A stretch of 62,741 bases of DNA, the filler included, from Klebsormidium nitens (Eukaryota; Plantae; Klebsormidiophyceae): NCBI GenBank assembly GCA_000708835.1. It is 6 parts of 6 records of this genome, joined end to end, with 100 filler letters (N's around TTAATTAATTAA, not from the genome) between each part and the next. Parts side by side here need not be neighbours in the genome. Positions count along the whole stretch, not along the records: positions 16,220 to 37,805 come from DF237906.1; 5 more parts are not named here. The stretch is one strand, 5' to 3'. Position 1 is the stretch's first letter. The number at the start of each line of letters is the position of its first letter. The translations under genes were made by a program, and so were the position numbers. Shown in pieces: positions 21,000-32,813 of the stretch. The notes under the pieces are model-generated. The model searched no databases, was not told where the DNA came from, and saw only the letters and a list, made by a program, of their open reading frames with translations.

Positions 21000-21490
21000 G
21001 AGTCTGGTGCGTCTCCAGCAAACAGCACAGCGTGCGCTGCGTTGCTGTCAGCGTCGAGTTGAGCACGTGCGTGTAGTGCTTCTGGGGGTCGTTCACCTGT
21101 GGAGATAGAGTTCCAGAGATTCAAAAAACCGGTTCCCTGAGAAGATTAGTTTCTATGAGTTCCAGCAAACAGCACAGGGTGCGCTCTGTTGCGGTCAGCG
21201 TCGAGTTGAGCAGGTGCGTGTACTGCTTCTAAGGGTCGTTCATCTGGGAAATCTTGAACGCAATAGCTTCAGAATCATCCCCGATGTCAAGCTCCCGAAA
21301 TTCCGACAGACAGCGTGCGGTCCGTTGCCGTTAGCGTCAAGTTCAGCAGATGCGCGTACTGCTTCTGGGAGGGCTTTCATCAAGAATTCGAGAAGTAAAC
21401 ATGACAAATGTATGGAGAATGAAGACCTTAAAGGTCGGCAACAAGCACAGCGGAGTGCCGTGTTGTGATCGAGTAGGCGCATACTCCGTC
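21000..21490 (-). repeat. Four tandem copies (one real, three degenerate) of the 5' part of the SerRS LNSTLTAT exon
   Basis: cagcaaacagcacag..gtgcgct..gttgc.gtcagcgtcgagttgagca recurs at about 21015, 21165, 21305 and 21440. Confidence 0.8.
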
Positions 21491-23111
21491 TTTGGGAGCG
21501 CGCGTTGAGAAGCCATCTGTTTTTGGGGGGTTTGCGACGGCAGGAGTCTCAAGTTCGGGTAATTACAACGTGACTATACGGTCTTGTATACATAAGATGC
21601 CCGGCAAGCAGACTCGAAGTCATGTAGACAGAACACGTAATCAATGTTTCTGACTTGTACCAGCACAGCAAGCAATTGCATGAAGGGCAGCATGCGCCTT
21701 TAGCCAGTCACCTTTTTTTCTTCGGACTCGTCAACTTCCATTTTACCTTCCAGAGCAGGTTCTTCTACACCGCACTGCTCCAAGTTGCTCAATTTTCCTT
21801 CATTCTGGTCAAGCGAAACCTCGCCCTCACTTTTCGCGCACTTGCTGGGGCGCTTTTCCGGCTAGAGGACCAGACACGCAATAATGGTACCCAAAGTCTC
21901 GATTGAGGTTGTCTTGATGGCATTCCCAAAGTTTCAGTGTCGCGATGTTACTTGATGTTAGTAATGAGAGAGAACACGGCCCAGGCTTCTTCTGTCATAC
22001 GGTGTAAATCAAAGAGAGTGCCGACCAATGGTTTTCAGCCTTTCAAACTCTCCCTCTTCCTTAATAGTAGCGACCTGAAGCCATTCACTGGGCAAGAAGC
22101 ACTGATCCTATAAATGCAACGGAGCAACTCAAAAATTCCACGTCTAAATGAAAGATCTAGGATTCTCTCACCTTCTTGATCCCATAACGTGTTTCAAGCC
22201 TCCATGACTGGTAGTCCGTGCAGTTTGAGCATGACACGATTTCTCGGTACGCTTTAGACGCCGGGAACCACGCCTCGAGGTCGTACTTCTTGGCCGCAGC
22301 GTCGTTCAGCGCGCCTGACACGATAGAAACGACCCGGTACGGCAGCTCCAGCGCCTGAGGGGGAGATTTTTCCGTCAGACGGCTAATGGAGGGCACTGAG
22401 TGGTGATGATCGTTCTCGTGATTAAGTCAGTCAGAACTAGATGCTCTTGACCTTGGCACGCTTTGGGAGCAGTATCTGTTGACGTGTCCATTTCGGAGGC
22501 AAGCCAGGAAATCACAGGGAACACTAACACGCAATTCTGAGAAGCGGAGGGAAGCAGACTTGACGAGTCACTAACTCGAGCAGGAACAAAGCTCACAAAA
22601 GTGCACCAAACTTGATAGGCAATCCTTTTCAGATGCAAGACAGAAGGACAAATTCAGGCGAGCAACCGTAGGGGGAAAAACCTCTGAAATAAGGTCCAGT
22701 ACATGCCGTGTAAGCACGGATAAGTGGTCGAACGACGAACGTCGGAGGTTTGACGTGATTGCCTAACACTGAAATTTCAGCTGATAAGAGTATCACAAGA
22801 GGCTTCACCAGACACTAGACGGCCCAGCACGATCCATCTCAAAAACAGCGTCATCATTCCTCCTGAAAAGCACGACATGCTGGGAACAGTCCACATTGCA
22901 AAGCTCCAGGGATTCCGATCGACGAGAAACGGATGGGCTAGGCAACTGAAACAGCGCTTTAGCATTAAGGAACGAACTCTCACCTGGTCGAAGTCCATTG
23001 AGTTCTTGAGCATCTCCACGTGCATCTCCCACAACGCGTTCTCCAGCGGGCTGGTCAGCACGAACTGCTCCACCTTCTCGAACTCGTGCACGCGGAAGAT
23101 ACCCAGCGTGT

Positions 23112-23650
23112 CCCGCCTGTGGCTGCCGGCCTCCTTGCGGAAGCACGTGGAGTACCCCCCGTACCTGCCGGAGAGCATAAGCTATGAGACGCAACATTTG
23201 ACAGCATAAGGTATGTGAGGCAACAGAAACGCCCGTGGCTCCCGGCCTTCGTGCGGAAGAACGTGGAGTCCCCCGCGTACCTGGCGAACAGCATAAGTCA
23301 TGTGACGCGACGGTTGAAAGCATAGGGTATGTGAGGCAACAGATACGCCCGTGGCTCCCGGCCTCCTTGCGAAAGAATGTCGAGTACTTGGCGCACCTGG
23401 CCAGGAGCATAAGCTATGTGACGCGACATTCGAGAGTATAAGGTATGTGAGGCAACAAACGCCCGCGGCTGCCGGCCTCCTTGCGAAAGCACGTGGAGTA
23501 CTCAGCGTACCTGGCCGGAAGCATAAGCTATGTGTCGCGACCTTAGAGAGCATAGGGTATGCGAGACAACGAAACACCCGTGGCTGCCTTGCGGAAGCAC
23601 GTCGAGTGCCCGGCGTACCTGGGCGGGAGCATAAGCTATGTGAGGCACTA
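23112..23650 (-). repeat. Five tandem ~115-bp copies of the intron end + acceptor + first ~50 nt of the SerRS motif-2 exon
   Basis: cccgtggct.ccggcctccttgcg.aagcacgtggagtac...gtacctg...agcataagctatgtga starts at about 23112, 23232, 23348, 23462 and 23578. Confidence 0.9.
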
Positions 23651-26600
23651 GCAAGGACGAAAATTGGAAAACCTTTCGAGTCTTTCTTTTGACGTACTGA
23701 ATTTCCCCCCACAAGTACAAACTATCATAGGTGAGAGAGCCAGCCATGCTCCACAAAATGGTCACGGACAAGTCTGGAACAATCATTTGGGGCCAAGTAG
23801 CTCGGGATAATGTCTTTCCATTGTCCTTTCCGGCAATCGTTGAGCTGAACGCCGTCAAACAGACTGGCCACTCAGATTGCCCGAGGCGCTCGAATTGGCC
23901 CTGTGACGCGGCGCTCACATCAAGGGATCCTGAGATCCTGAGATCGTGGACTTTACGAACCACCTTGTTGACCCTCTGCTCTGTAAGATGATGCAATCCG
24001 CCGACTCGCCAGCAGTGAACGGAAGAGCATCCTTTCTGACTACACTTTAACGACCTCAAATCCTGTCAAGGACTACGCCGAGAAACCAATAACCGTCCTT
24101 CGTCACTCACTTGATGGGCAGGCTTTTCGCGTCCATCCAGTCCCCCCGATGGTATGCACACAACGGTTGCTCTGACGTGGCAATCAGGTACTTGTCGTCC
24201 CCCTCGCCTGACACCTGGCATGCAAAAAGCAAGGATACTATCGGGTGTGGCATTCATCAGATGAGATAGGGCTTCTAGCAGGACCACGATACAAATCTAA
24301 GTCTAAGAGCGCATTTTGCGATGGATAAGCAAGAGAAACAGGCACACACCAATGCGCCGATGCTACGACTGCTCAACACGACGGGAACGGGGCAATCTGC
24401 AGACGCATTGGTGAAGTACTTTCGAACTTGGGAGCTGCAAGGGCAGGCTGCAGAAACTTCATCAAACGACCGAACCCCAAACTCTGTTTAAGAGGATCGT
24501 CACCATTCCTTTTTCCTTTGCAAACGATGACATCGAGGCGCCACCTTCTCATCTCGTCTCGATGAGATGTAAGTGAAGGAAGAGAAGTCGAGATATGTTG
24601 CTGCAAGCAATGACCGAATGCCTATGCTCCATCGGAAGAAAGACTAGCAAAGATGAAGCGCAGCCTCACCTTGTAGAGATCCTCATCGAACTGCGCAAGC
24701 TGCGCGCATTCCGCCATGACGTCCTGCTTCATGAAGAAGGGTGTGTGCAGCGGTGTAAAGCCACGCTTGACCAGGAACGCCAGCCCCGAGTTAATCAGCG
24801 CCTGGTTCAGCAGCACGCCCGCGCTATTCAAGTAGTACCCCCGGTTGCCAGCAACACCCGTACCTGCAAAAGAGAAAGCGGCTCATCCTTCTTGGAGCGT
24901 TAAAAACCATTGCCCGAAGATTCTCGAGCGCTTCGGAAGAAACAAGTTATACCCCCGGTTCAATTTGACACTGTCTGAGAAGGCAAAAGATTCGATAATC
25001 GGAGGATGCACGATCCTTCATTGCCGGAGCACCTCTTGCTGCGGGAAAGTAGTCTAGCAACCCCAATTCCTTAAATATTGACGATATAAACAAAAACATT
25101 GCAAGCGTTTCGATCGAATAAGTTTCTGCAACATTTACCTCACCACGAAGTCACTGCACATTTTGGCAGGCTTCGTTCTTGCGCGGGATGCCTACGATCA
25201 GCATTTCTGTCCTGATTGCAAAGCTTTTACAACTACTGAATGAAAAGCATTGTGAAGCTGCTGTGAAAGCAGGACTACAGTCCAACGGGTTCTGCGTCTT
25301 TGAGATGGACGGGACAACGAGATTATCCGATTTAAAGGTCAAAACCTGCACGAAGCTAAAAACCTACACAACATCGATTCTCTGCAGAAAACTGACCTTT
25401 TCTGACGTCCGCAATGCCGAGCAGTTCGACAAGACCTACGTGGTTGTACAGCTTCTTTTCGTGCCGCTCCGTCCCCCATTTCCGAACCACCCCGTGAAAA
25501 TCCTGAAAGAAGAAGTTGTGGCCTCAAGCACAGTTCTTACTCAAATCTGGCTGAGACAGACAGGCAAACGAGAAGCAACAAACAGAAAATGAATCAGATA
25601 GAGAAGCATCCCCCTCATAACAGCAAATCAATGAGTTTCTGACTTTGGAGGCTAGAGCAAACTCTCCAATGCACTTTTGAACGACTGCACGATGGAATGT
25701 GGCGTTCGAAGCTGCGCTCTCGCCATGTGAGGGCGGATCGACAGGGCCTGCTTTTTCAGGGACCGCCTCTTGGTAATCCCCAAGTACGGTGCTCAGTCTG
25801 TAGTTCTTCAGCACAACGCTCGTTACCCAACCCTGCTATGCATAAGACGCCTTCTCCGAGCTTTTCTCCTTGTTAACTTGCAGGCCCTTACACGGACCCT
25901 GCAGTCTTCAAGACTTGCAGCCTTTCATACGGGCCCTACAGCCTCTGACTGACAAGCTGAGGCGGCCCTCACCTTCTGCAAGTACCGTCCCCCAGCTTTT
26001 CCAAGTTCATAAATAAACGAATAACCACAAAGGGCTGCTAAACGCATTGCTATAACAGTGGTTTTGAAGAAAGAACGTTAAAGAGGACCATAAAGTGTAA
26101 AACCAAGGAAGACTACCAATCAACATGGGCTCCGACTTGCTCACCTCTTCAAGTTGCTGTCCGAACTCTCCGACTGGTGCGTCAACGGGCGTTTGGGAGG
26201 CTTTCAATAGCGCCTGGTTGTGCTCCCCCGGCTGCCTGACAGTGGTGCCTGACAACAGGAAGGAGATTGTTGTTAACAATCTCGATGACGTGGGCACTTG
26301 CCAAACGAATAAACGAGGGGTTTCGCAAGCCTCCCAACGAAGAAATAAATTATGAATGACAATCAGCAGTTGCTATCCGGTCAATCGAGGGGTTTGCAAG
26401 CCTCCCAACGGGTTGCTGCAAATGCCACAAGACTACACGCAATGTTCCTTTAAGGGGGCACATGTAATTGCATCACGAGTTTCGAGTTGTCAGGTCGGAA
26501 CCAAGCAATTACGGGACAACTCAGGCTGCTCAGCAGCGGGTTTTGGAATAAGACACGTGGCAGGCATCTGAGCAGCGCGCGCGCCAGCTGGCACGCACTT

Positions 26601-27170
26601 CTTTCGGACGTAGCGAGAGGAGGGAGGACCGAGCTTCGGCTCTCACGGGGCAAAGAGGAAAGCGCCAGCTCGTGCCCCCCGCTGAACGTTTTCGCAGGGG
26701 CTGGAGCTTTCGCGGCCTGCAAAACAAGCGCATCCCTGAGGGCAAAGCTCACTTTGAGTGCAATGTTCGGGCTTTGCACTACTTGTTCGGGACTCTCGCA
26801 GAGTCGTTTCAGATTGAGCGGAATTGAAAGACATGCTATACCCAGAGCTGAAACGCCAGGGTGTGATTCCGAAGGCCCCAAGCCACGTGCTCAAGCCAAG
26901 CACTGAGCCCAACACCTGATGACTCGTTCGAGAAGGATGATGGCTATTCGGCCTGCTTTTGCTGCCTGTCTCATAGCCTAGAATTACTTGAAAGCCGGAA
27001 TTGGAGCACTAACAACCCGAGCCAACTCCTCAATCGTCACACGGTTACTCAGAGTCTACGAGTAGGCCTCTTCTGGGGTGACAAGCGAAAGGAAGCTCAA
27101 CACCTTTCAGTGACTGATACTATATTTTGAGTGTCCAGATCCAAAGTACGTTAGGAAAGACGTTGCTCAC

Positions 27171-30100
27171 CTGATGTTGGGCTGCGACTTGTAGGATCTT
27201 GTCCTCGGCAACGGTGACCCGCCAAATCCAACCGTCCGTCTCCGTCTCCATCATGACTCCCGCCTTGTGCACGACGTCCATGACGTCAGCTCGGGAGGCG
27301 TCCCCTCCCAGCGCCTCCAACGCCAGCGCCAACAGCCGCCGTTACCTTCAACAGGACAATTTTATGATGGCATGGCCCATGAAGGGACAGCTCGATAATA
27401 AACCTTCTTTTCTAGCATTATGGTGTTCGATCCCTCCTGCCTCGTCAGGGGAACTACTTGTAGAGAACTCTAGATTCGGGAGAAACTCCCCAGCAAGGCC
27501 TTATCGCCAAAATTTGCATGTTGGAGCCGGATGGGGAGCAGTGCAAAGGTAAGACCAAATTGTCCAAGTACAGGAGTCTCGTTACCTGGGGGGTGGCGAG
27601 GGAGGTGCCGCCAGCGAGCCCATAGACGCCGTACGTGGCAAGCGCACCTGCCACGTCATCTCCTGCGCCATGGTGGAACCCGGGCCCACACGCACTGTAT
27701 CGCTCTCGGCCATTGAAGGCAAGGGCGGAGACAAGGAACCCATTGGCCCCTGCAACGGGAATATTGGTTCAAAGGAAATCTAAGAGCAAGCCAGCCGCTA
27801 AAGGTGTGGGCAATGCAATTCAGAAAAAGCCAAGGACGCGCTATAACGCAGTGACTTTTGGCAGTTTGTACTAGGCAACGCACCTTGCCGCATCCCTTCG
27901 AACGTAGCCGTAGGATCGATCGAACCATTATTCGGAGCAGCAGCGACCACAATGATTTCGCTGCTCATCTGCGAAGAGAAGAAAGAGAAGATCTTGGCCG
28001 TGCTGCCCCTGAGCGTTCTTCCAAATTGGGCACATGCAAAGGGCCATGCTCACTAGCAAGCTGAGAGAGCATTGTTGAGCTTCACAGACAGCTTCGAATA
28101 TAACGAGTGACTCAGGGGAGCCGCCTCCGCTCAAGCAAACACGTGCTCCTGACGAGTGCTCCAACACATACGCAGCCTTGCAGACAAATATATACTGCAC
28201 AGACTCAATGCAACTGAGAACTCACCTGCAACTCCCAAATGAGGTCATTGACGCTGCTAGATCGGTACGAAGCGGCCGAGTAGGTAAGATTTAATATTGG
28301 GGTGTTGACTTGGTTCTCAAGCGCATGCTCGTACACCCTGCATCAAAAAGCTTGCAACGTTAACGCTAGAGATGCGACAAGGCGTGATCTCTAGTGTAAA
28401 AGCCAATGATCCCATACAGCCGGCGTTTCGATTTTTCCTCAGTCACTTCTAACCCATGGTCGATTCGAGCAGGCCCAGCACTTAGCAGATAGCCGCTTGT
28501 AGAAGCAGTGGTTGCCCTGACTGTCTTAAAAGCACGGAGCAATACAGAAATCCTGCATACCATTTGATGGCCTGCTCCAGCCCGGCCTCGTTGACGTTGC
28601 CATTCGCATCTGGCGGGGGGACCTGGAGACCGCCAAAAAGCACAATTGTGCCTTACAACCTTGGCATGGTGTAAAGCAAAGTGCAGGCAAGGGCACCCAA
28701 CACAAGAAGCTAAGGACAACGGTTCCGAATCAACAGGCACAAGGCAGGCCAGCAGGCAATGAGCACAGGGCAAAGATGTAGGACCCGAAAGCACTCACAT
28801 GAGTATGAGACCTTTTTCGGAGCAGTCAGAGGCGTCGCAGAAATCACCGTCTACTCTCTTTCGACCGCATTAATGCACCACTGCACATTGGAAGGTTTAG
28901 TACAAGGGGTTGCAACGACGAGTTGCAGTCTTACCTCAACGACGTGCAGCGTTGCCTTGGGCGCATACCCCAAGGTCTTCCCTATGATCCTGCTTGCAAC
29001 GAGCGTTCCGTGCCAGGGATCCAAGCTAACACCGGTGAGAAGTTTGTGGCTGCAAATGAGGAAAAAGACGTTAATTTCCATTACGAACCAGCTCCGAAAA
29101 CATCCTAATGAGGACCTATAAGCTTCTTGCTGCAACGTTGACCAAGTCAAAACACCACAGCTCTTGAGCATACTTCCTCTAACGTCCGATTTGCAAAGCA
29201 GAGGTGAGCCAAGCAGATGATCAAAGATATGTTGGGACCACAGTCCTGATCGGGAATGATCGAAGCGGGAACTTGCAGTGGAGGCTGACTTACACGTGTA
29301 GCTTGCGATCCAAGAGCTCCGGATGCTTGGTGTCGACGCTTTGATTAACATCGTAGACTGCAAGTGCACAAGGAAGTCATGAGAATCGATCCTGGCAGAC
29401 ACTACTACTTCTGTTCGTGCAGGGCGAGTCAGAGGCATACAAGCGAAAACACTAGTCTAGCTCACATCACATGGAGCTCAGAAGTAGACACTCACTAGTG
29501 ATGCCCTTCCCCAGGAGGCGCGTGTTCCTGATGTAGGGCGCCGGCTGCAGCCCAATCGGGACCCTCTGGTGTGACAGCTCTTGGGACCAGCACTGCTTGT
29601 GCTGGTCCCACCCCGTCAGCACCCCGATCTTGCCATCGACCGTGAGGGAATGTTGCGCTTGGAAATATTCAAAGACCTGCAACATCAACAGGCAGGAGTA
29701 GCTTACAGAGCTTAAAAGTGAGACGAAACAATCACTGGAGCAGCCCCCAGAGAAAGCAGAACAGACGTGGAAGATTGGGGTTCCAGATTCTGAGCAAGTG
29801 CTTTCACAATACCAAAGCAGAACTGAGCGGATAGGCACTGTTCCAAAACGTAAGCCCTTACCGGCTTAACCAAGGAGGAGGCGGCCCTCTTGGGCGTGGT
29901 GGGCCTGGCCGCTCCTTCTGTCACGAAAAGATATGTGAGCTGGAAAACAAGTTGACCACTGAGCGCCTTTTTGCCAGAATTACCATCAGATCGCGCCTTC
30001 AATTGCCATCATATGAGCAATGGTAGATGTCCACGTCAGGAGTCCTGGGAGCTGCAAGCTGCCCAGGATGCTTGTGTCTCTTTTGTTGCTTTGACTCGTA

Positions 30101-31630
30101 CATGTTTCATTGGAGAATAGCAACCCCTCTTGATGCAGCATCGAATCTTTGCAACTTGCAAAGTCAGGTCTTGTAAGGAACCAATTGAGAGCTTTGACAG
30201 GCGGATGCATTCAACGTGTGGTCAGACTCTGCTGAGAACCTCAAGTTGCCAGATAAGAGGAACAGCCTGAAGCCATGTACTTGAGGAATAGGTTGAAGCC
30301 AGCAACCTTGCTCTGAATCAGCCGAGACCTTTGAGACACATTTTGTCTTGCCTGAGAATAGGGTATTCTGGCCCTTCAGAGAATTTCAATGTCCAGCGTG
30401 CTATTTTCGTACTTGCCCTACTATGTATGAACCAGAGGAGAGCTCAGAAGCAGCACAACCTTACCAGTTCTTGCCTTGTTGCCTAATTCCTGGATCCCCG
30501 TTAGCCCCTACATGGCAGATGGACAACAGGAGTCAGTGAACTTCTCAGGCAGGTCGAACGACACCTTGTGCAGAATCTCCAGCGTGTTCCCACTCAGCGT
30601 GCCAAACAGAGAGCCATTTCCATTAATGATCTGAAAGAGGGGAAGCAAGGGGCAGCTTGAAACAAGGGGCAGTGCTCATTGAAGAAACCAGCACACTATC
30701 TTTGAGTAGCTTTGACCCATATGCTGGCACCATATACGTGAAGCACGAAAGATGTTGAACATTAGGGGAGAAGCAATGATGTGGTTGTGAGGCAAGCAGA
30801 GAATTTTTCCCGTAAGAGAGAAGCAAGATTTGCTATGAGGGTCTCCCGAGAAAAAGCTGAATGCAGGTCTCGTCCAAATGCGTGAAAGTAGCTTCTGACT
30901 TACAAAGTAAAAACGTTTTCAACAAAACCACCTGTGCACGCAAGAAGTGACAATCTTGCAAGTGCCGAGCTGGCGCAGAGGTTGAAACTGACAATCAATC
31001 AAAAGCAGTCGGTGCACAAAAGCAGTGCAGTGTTTCTGCTGGTGCAAAAGCACAACAATGAGACTGCAAGTTAGATGCTGCAAATCGACACGCAGTGTCA
31101 ATGACAGCTCTACAGCTATGACCATGTCAAAAGGGGCCCCGGATTCAGATTACTGCTTCATATCATGCAGTTCATCCCAATGAGAAACAGCTTGCAGTTG
31201 CGCCCTATAGCTTTCCAAAGAAGGATTCATGTACAATGTGTGCGAGGTCTACCAACAAAAAACTATTTGCTTGAGTATCAACGATTCAAAAGTCTGAGGA
31301 ATGAAAGAGTCTTTCTTTCAGAACTGGCAGCAGAATCCAGGGTAAGAAGGATCGCAAGAAAATCTGTCCCTTTCCTATTTGGTGGCACCACCATCCTCCA
31401 ATCCTCAGCACCCTTGCTTACTGCTTTAGCTGCTATGCTGCTTTAGCGCAGCTGATTCAAAGAACAAGAAGCCGACAATTCCTTGCATCGCACTTGCCAG
31501 AGGACTTGTTTCAGAAGAAGTGGTTGTCATCCTAGCCAGATACCCCATGCATACCTGTCCTGCTGCTGAGACCACAAACCTCCGCACGGCCCCCTCCACC
31601 ACCTGCGGCACACCCCTCCACCGAAACATC
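27171..31630 (-). other. Scattered exons of one or more unidentified minus-strand genes
   Basis: GT/AG-bounded coding-like blocks, for example 27171-27345 (*RRLLALALEALGGDASRADVMD...), 29496-29676 (VFEYFQAQHSLTVDGKIG...) and about 29850-29940. Gene model not resolved. Confidence 0.35.
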
Positions 31631-32813
31631 CTTGCCCCCAGTCACCACTTCACATGGATTTAGGAAATGCGAGATGCGGGGCGGTTTTAGTAGCTCGCTT
31701 GCAGAATTTTGTGCAGCACAATCAATATCCCAACTGCCAGTAAAGGCAATGCGCCAATACTGCCGCTGGCGGTCGCTCAGAGCTCAGAACTACTACTAGT
31801 AGCTCCCACCAATTGCAAAGGAGCATCACTACTTAGCTGGTTGCATTGCAAGCCAGCCCCTTGCATGCCATTGCCATTGCCATTGGCATTGCTGGCAAGC
31901 GGTACCAAGTCAAATGTGCCGATCAAATTGCCAAGTCGCCGTACGATCAAGATGGTGCTCAGCCACTGGCTAATGTTAGCAACGTGCTTGCAGATATTCT
32001 GTTCACAACCTGATCACTGGCATTATCTTTCCCTGGTGGCAATTTTCGTCTCATTCTAGCTAGTCGCTCAAGCTTTGTTATCAGCTCTCCTCCGATGGAC
32101 GTTTGTTTGACATTTGTGGAAGGAAACCTTGAAAACTAAAGGCCTGACTCATCGTCTCCGTCATGCCTGGACCTGCATCTTCTCTTCAATTGAAGAGCTT
32201 TGCAGGCCTGCCTGATGTCGAGATACCTAGGTGGCAGGCTCAAGTCTAAGATTGCCCGTCTGGTCGGAGTCTCGATGACGTTACAAGTTAAAGATCCTGG
32301 TTATCCACCTGGTTATCCCTTCGCACCGAGCATTTTGCCACTCACAGTCCCTGCTTTTGCTGATTCCCCGACGGCTTTGGCGACGGAGGTTTGCAGGATT
32401 ATCCGTATTGATTTTTGCCAAGTCGCCGTACGTTCCTTTCTTTCCAGAAAATGCTGGCAGTGGTTGCCAGAGCTGCGCTTGCAAAGTACCTACCTATCTA
32501 CTACTTGTTCTCAGAATTATGAAAGGGTGTTGGAAATTGGAACGCCCAGGATGCCATAAGGCGATTACTTTGTTGGGTACGGGCTTGTGAAGAGAACATC
32601 ACTTTGTGAAAGGCGTGAGACATCGGCCTGACCGCCAATGCCCTCCGCGACTGTCACTTTAATTTACTAATAGATTATTCCATTGGCATTGGCATCGCTA
32701 GCTTCTCTTCTTACGCAGCCTGGGCTATGCAGGGAAGATGGCGCTCTCGCAAGTATGCGCTCGCATATGTGACCCTTTCCTGCACATTCTGGCCCTGACG
32801 ACCTCTCCATCTG

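Larger units (their letters stand above)
20898..25502 (-). pseudogene. serS: Cytosolic-type seryl-tRNA synthetase, probably pseudogenised; N-terminal coiled-coil exons not recognised
   Basis: Exons 25502-25397 (NHVGLVELLGIAD), 24863-24670 (LLNQALIN...QLAQFDEDLYK), 24214-24111 ([10 protein letters not shown]), 23164-22984 ([25 protein letters not shown]), 22354-22172 ([10 protein letters not shown]...SCSNCTDYQ), 21096-20898 (LNSTLTATQRT). There is a frameshift near 20950. Confidence 0.9.
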
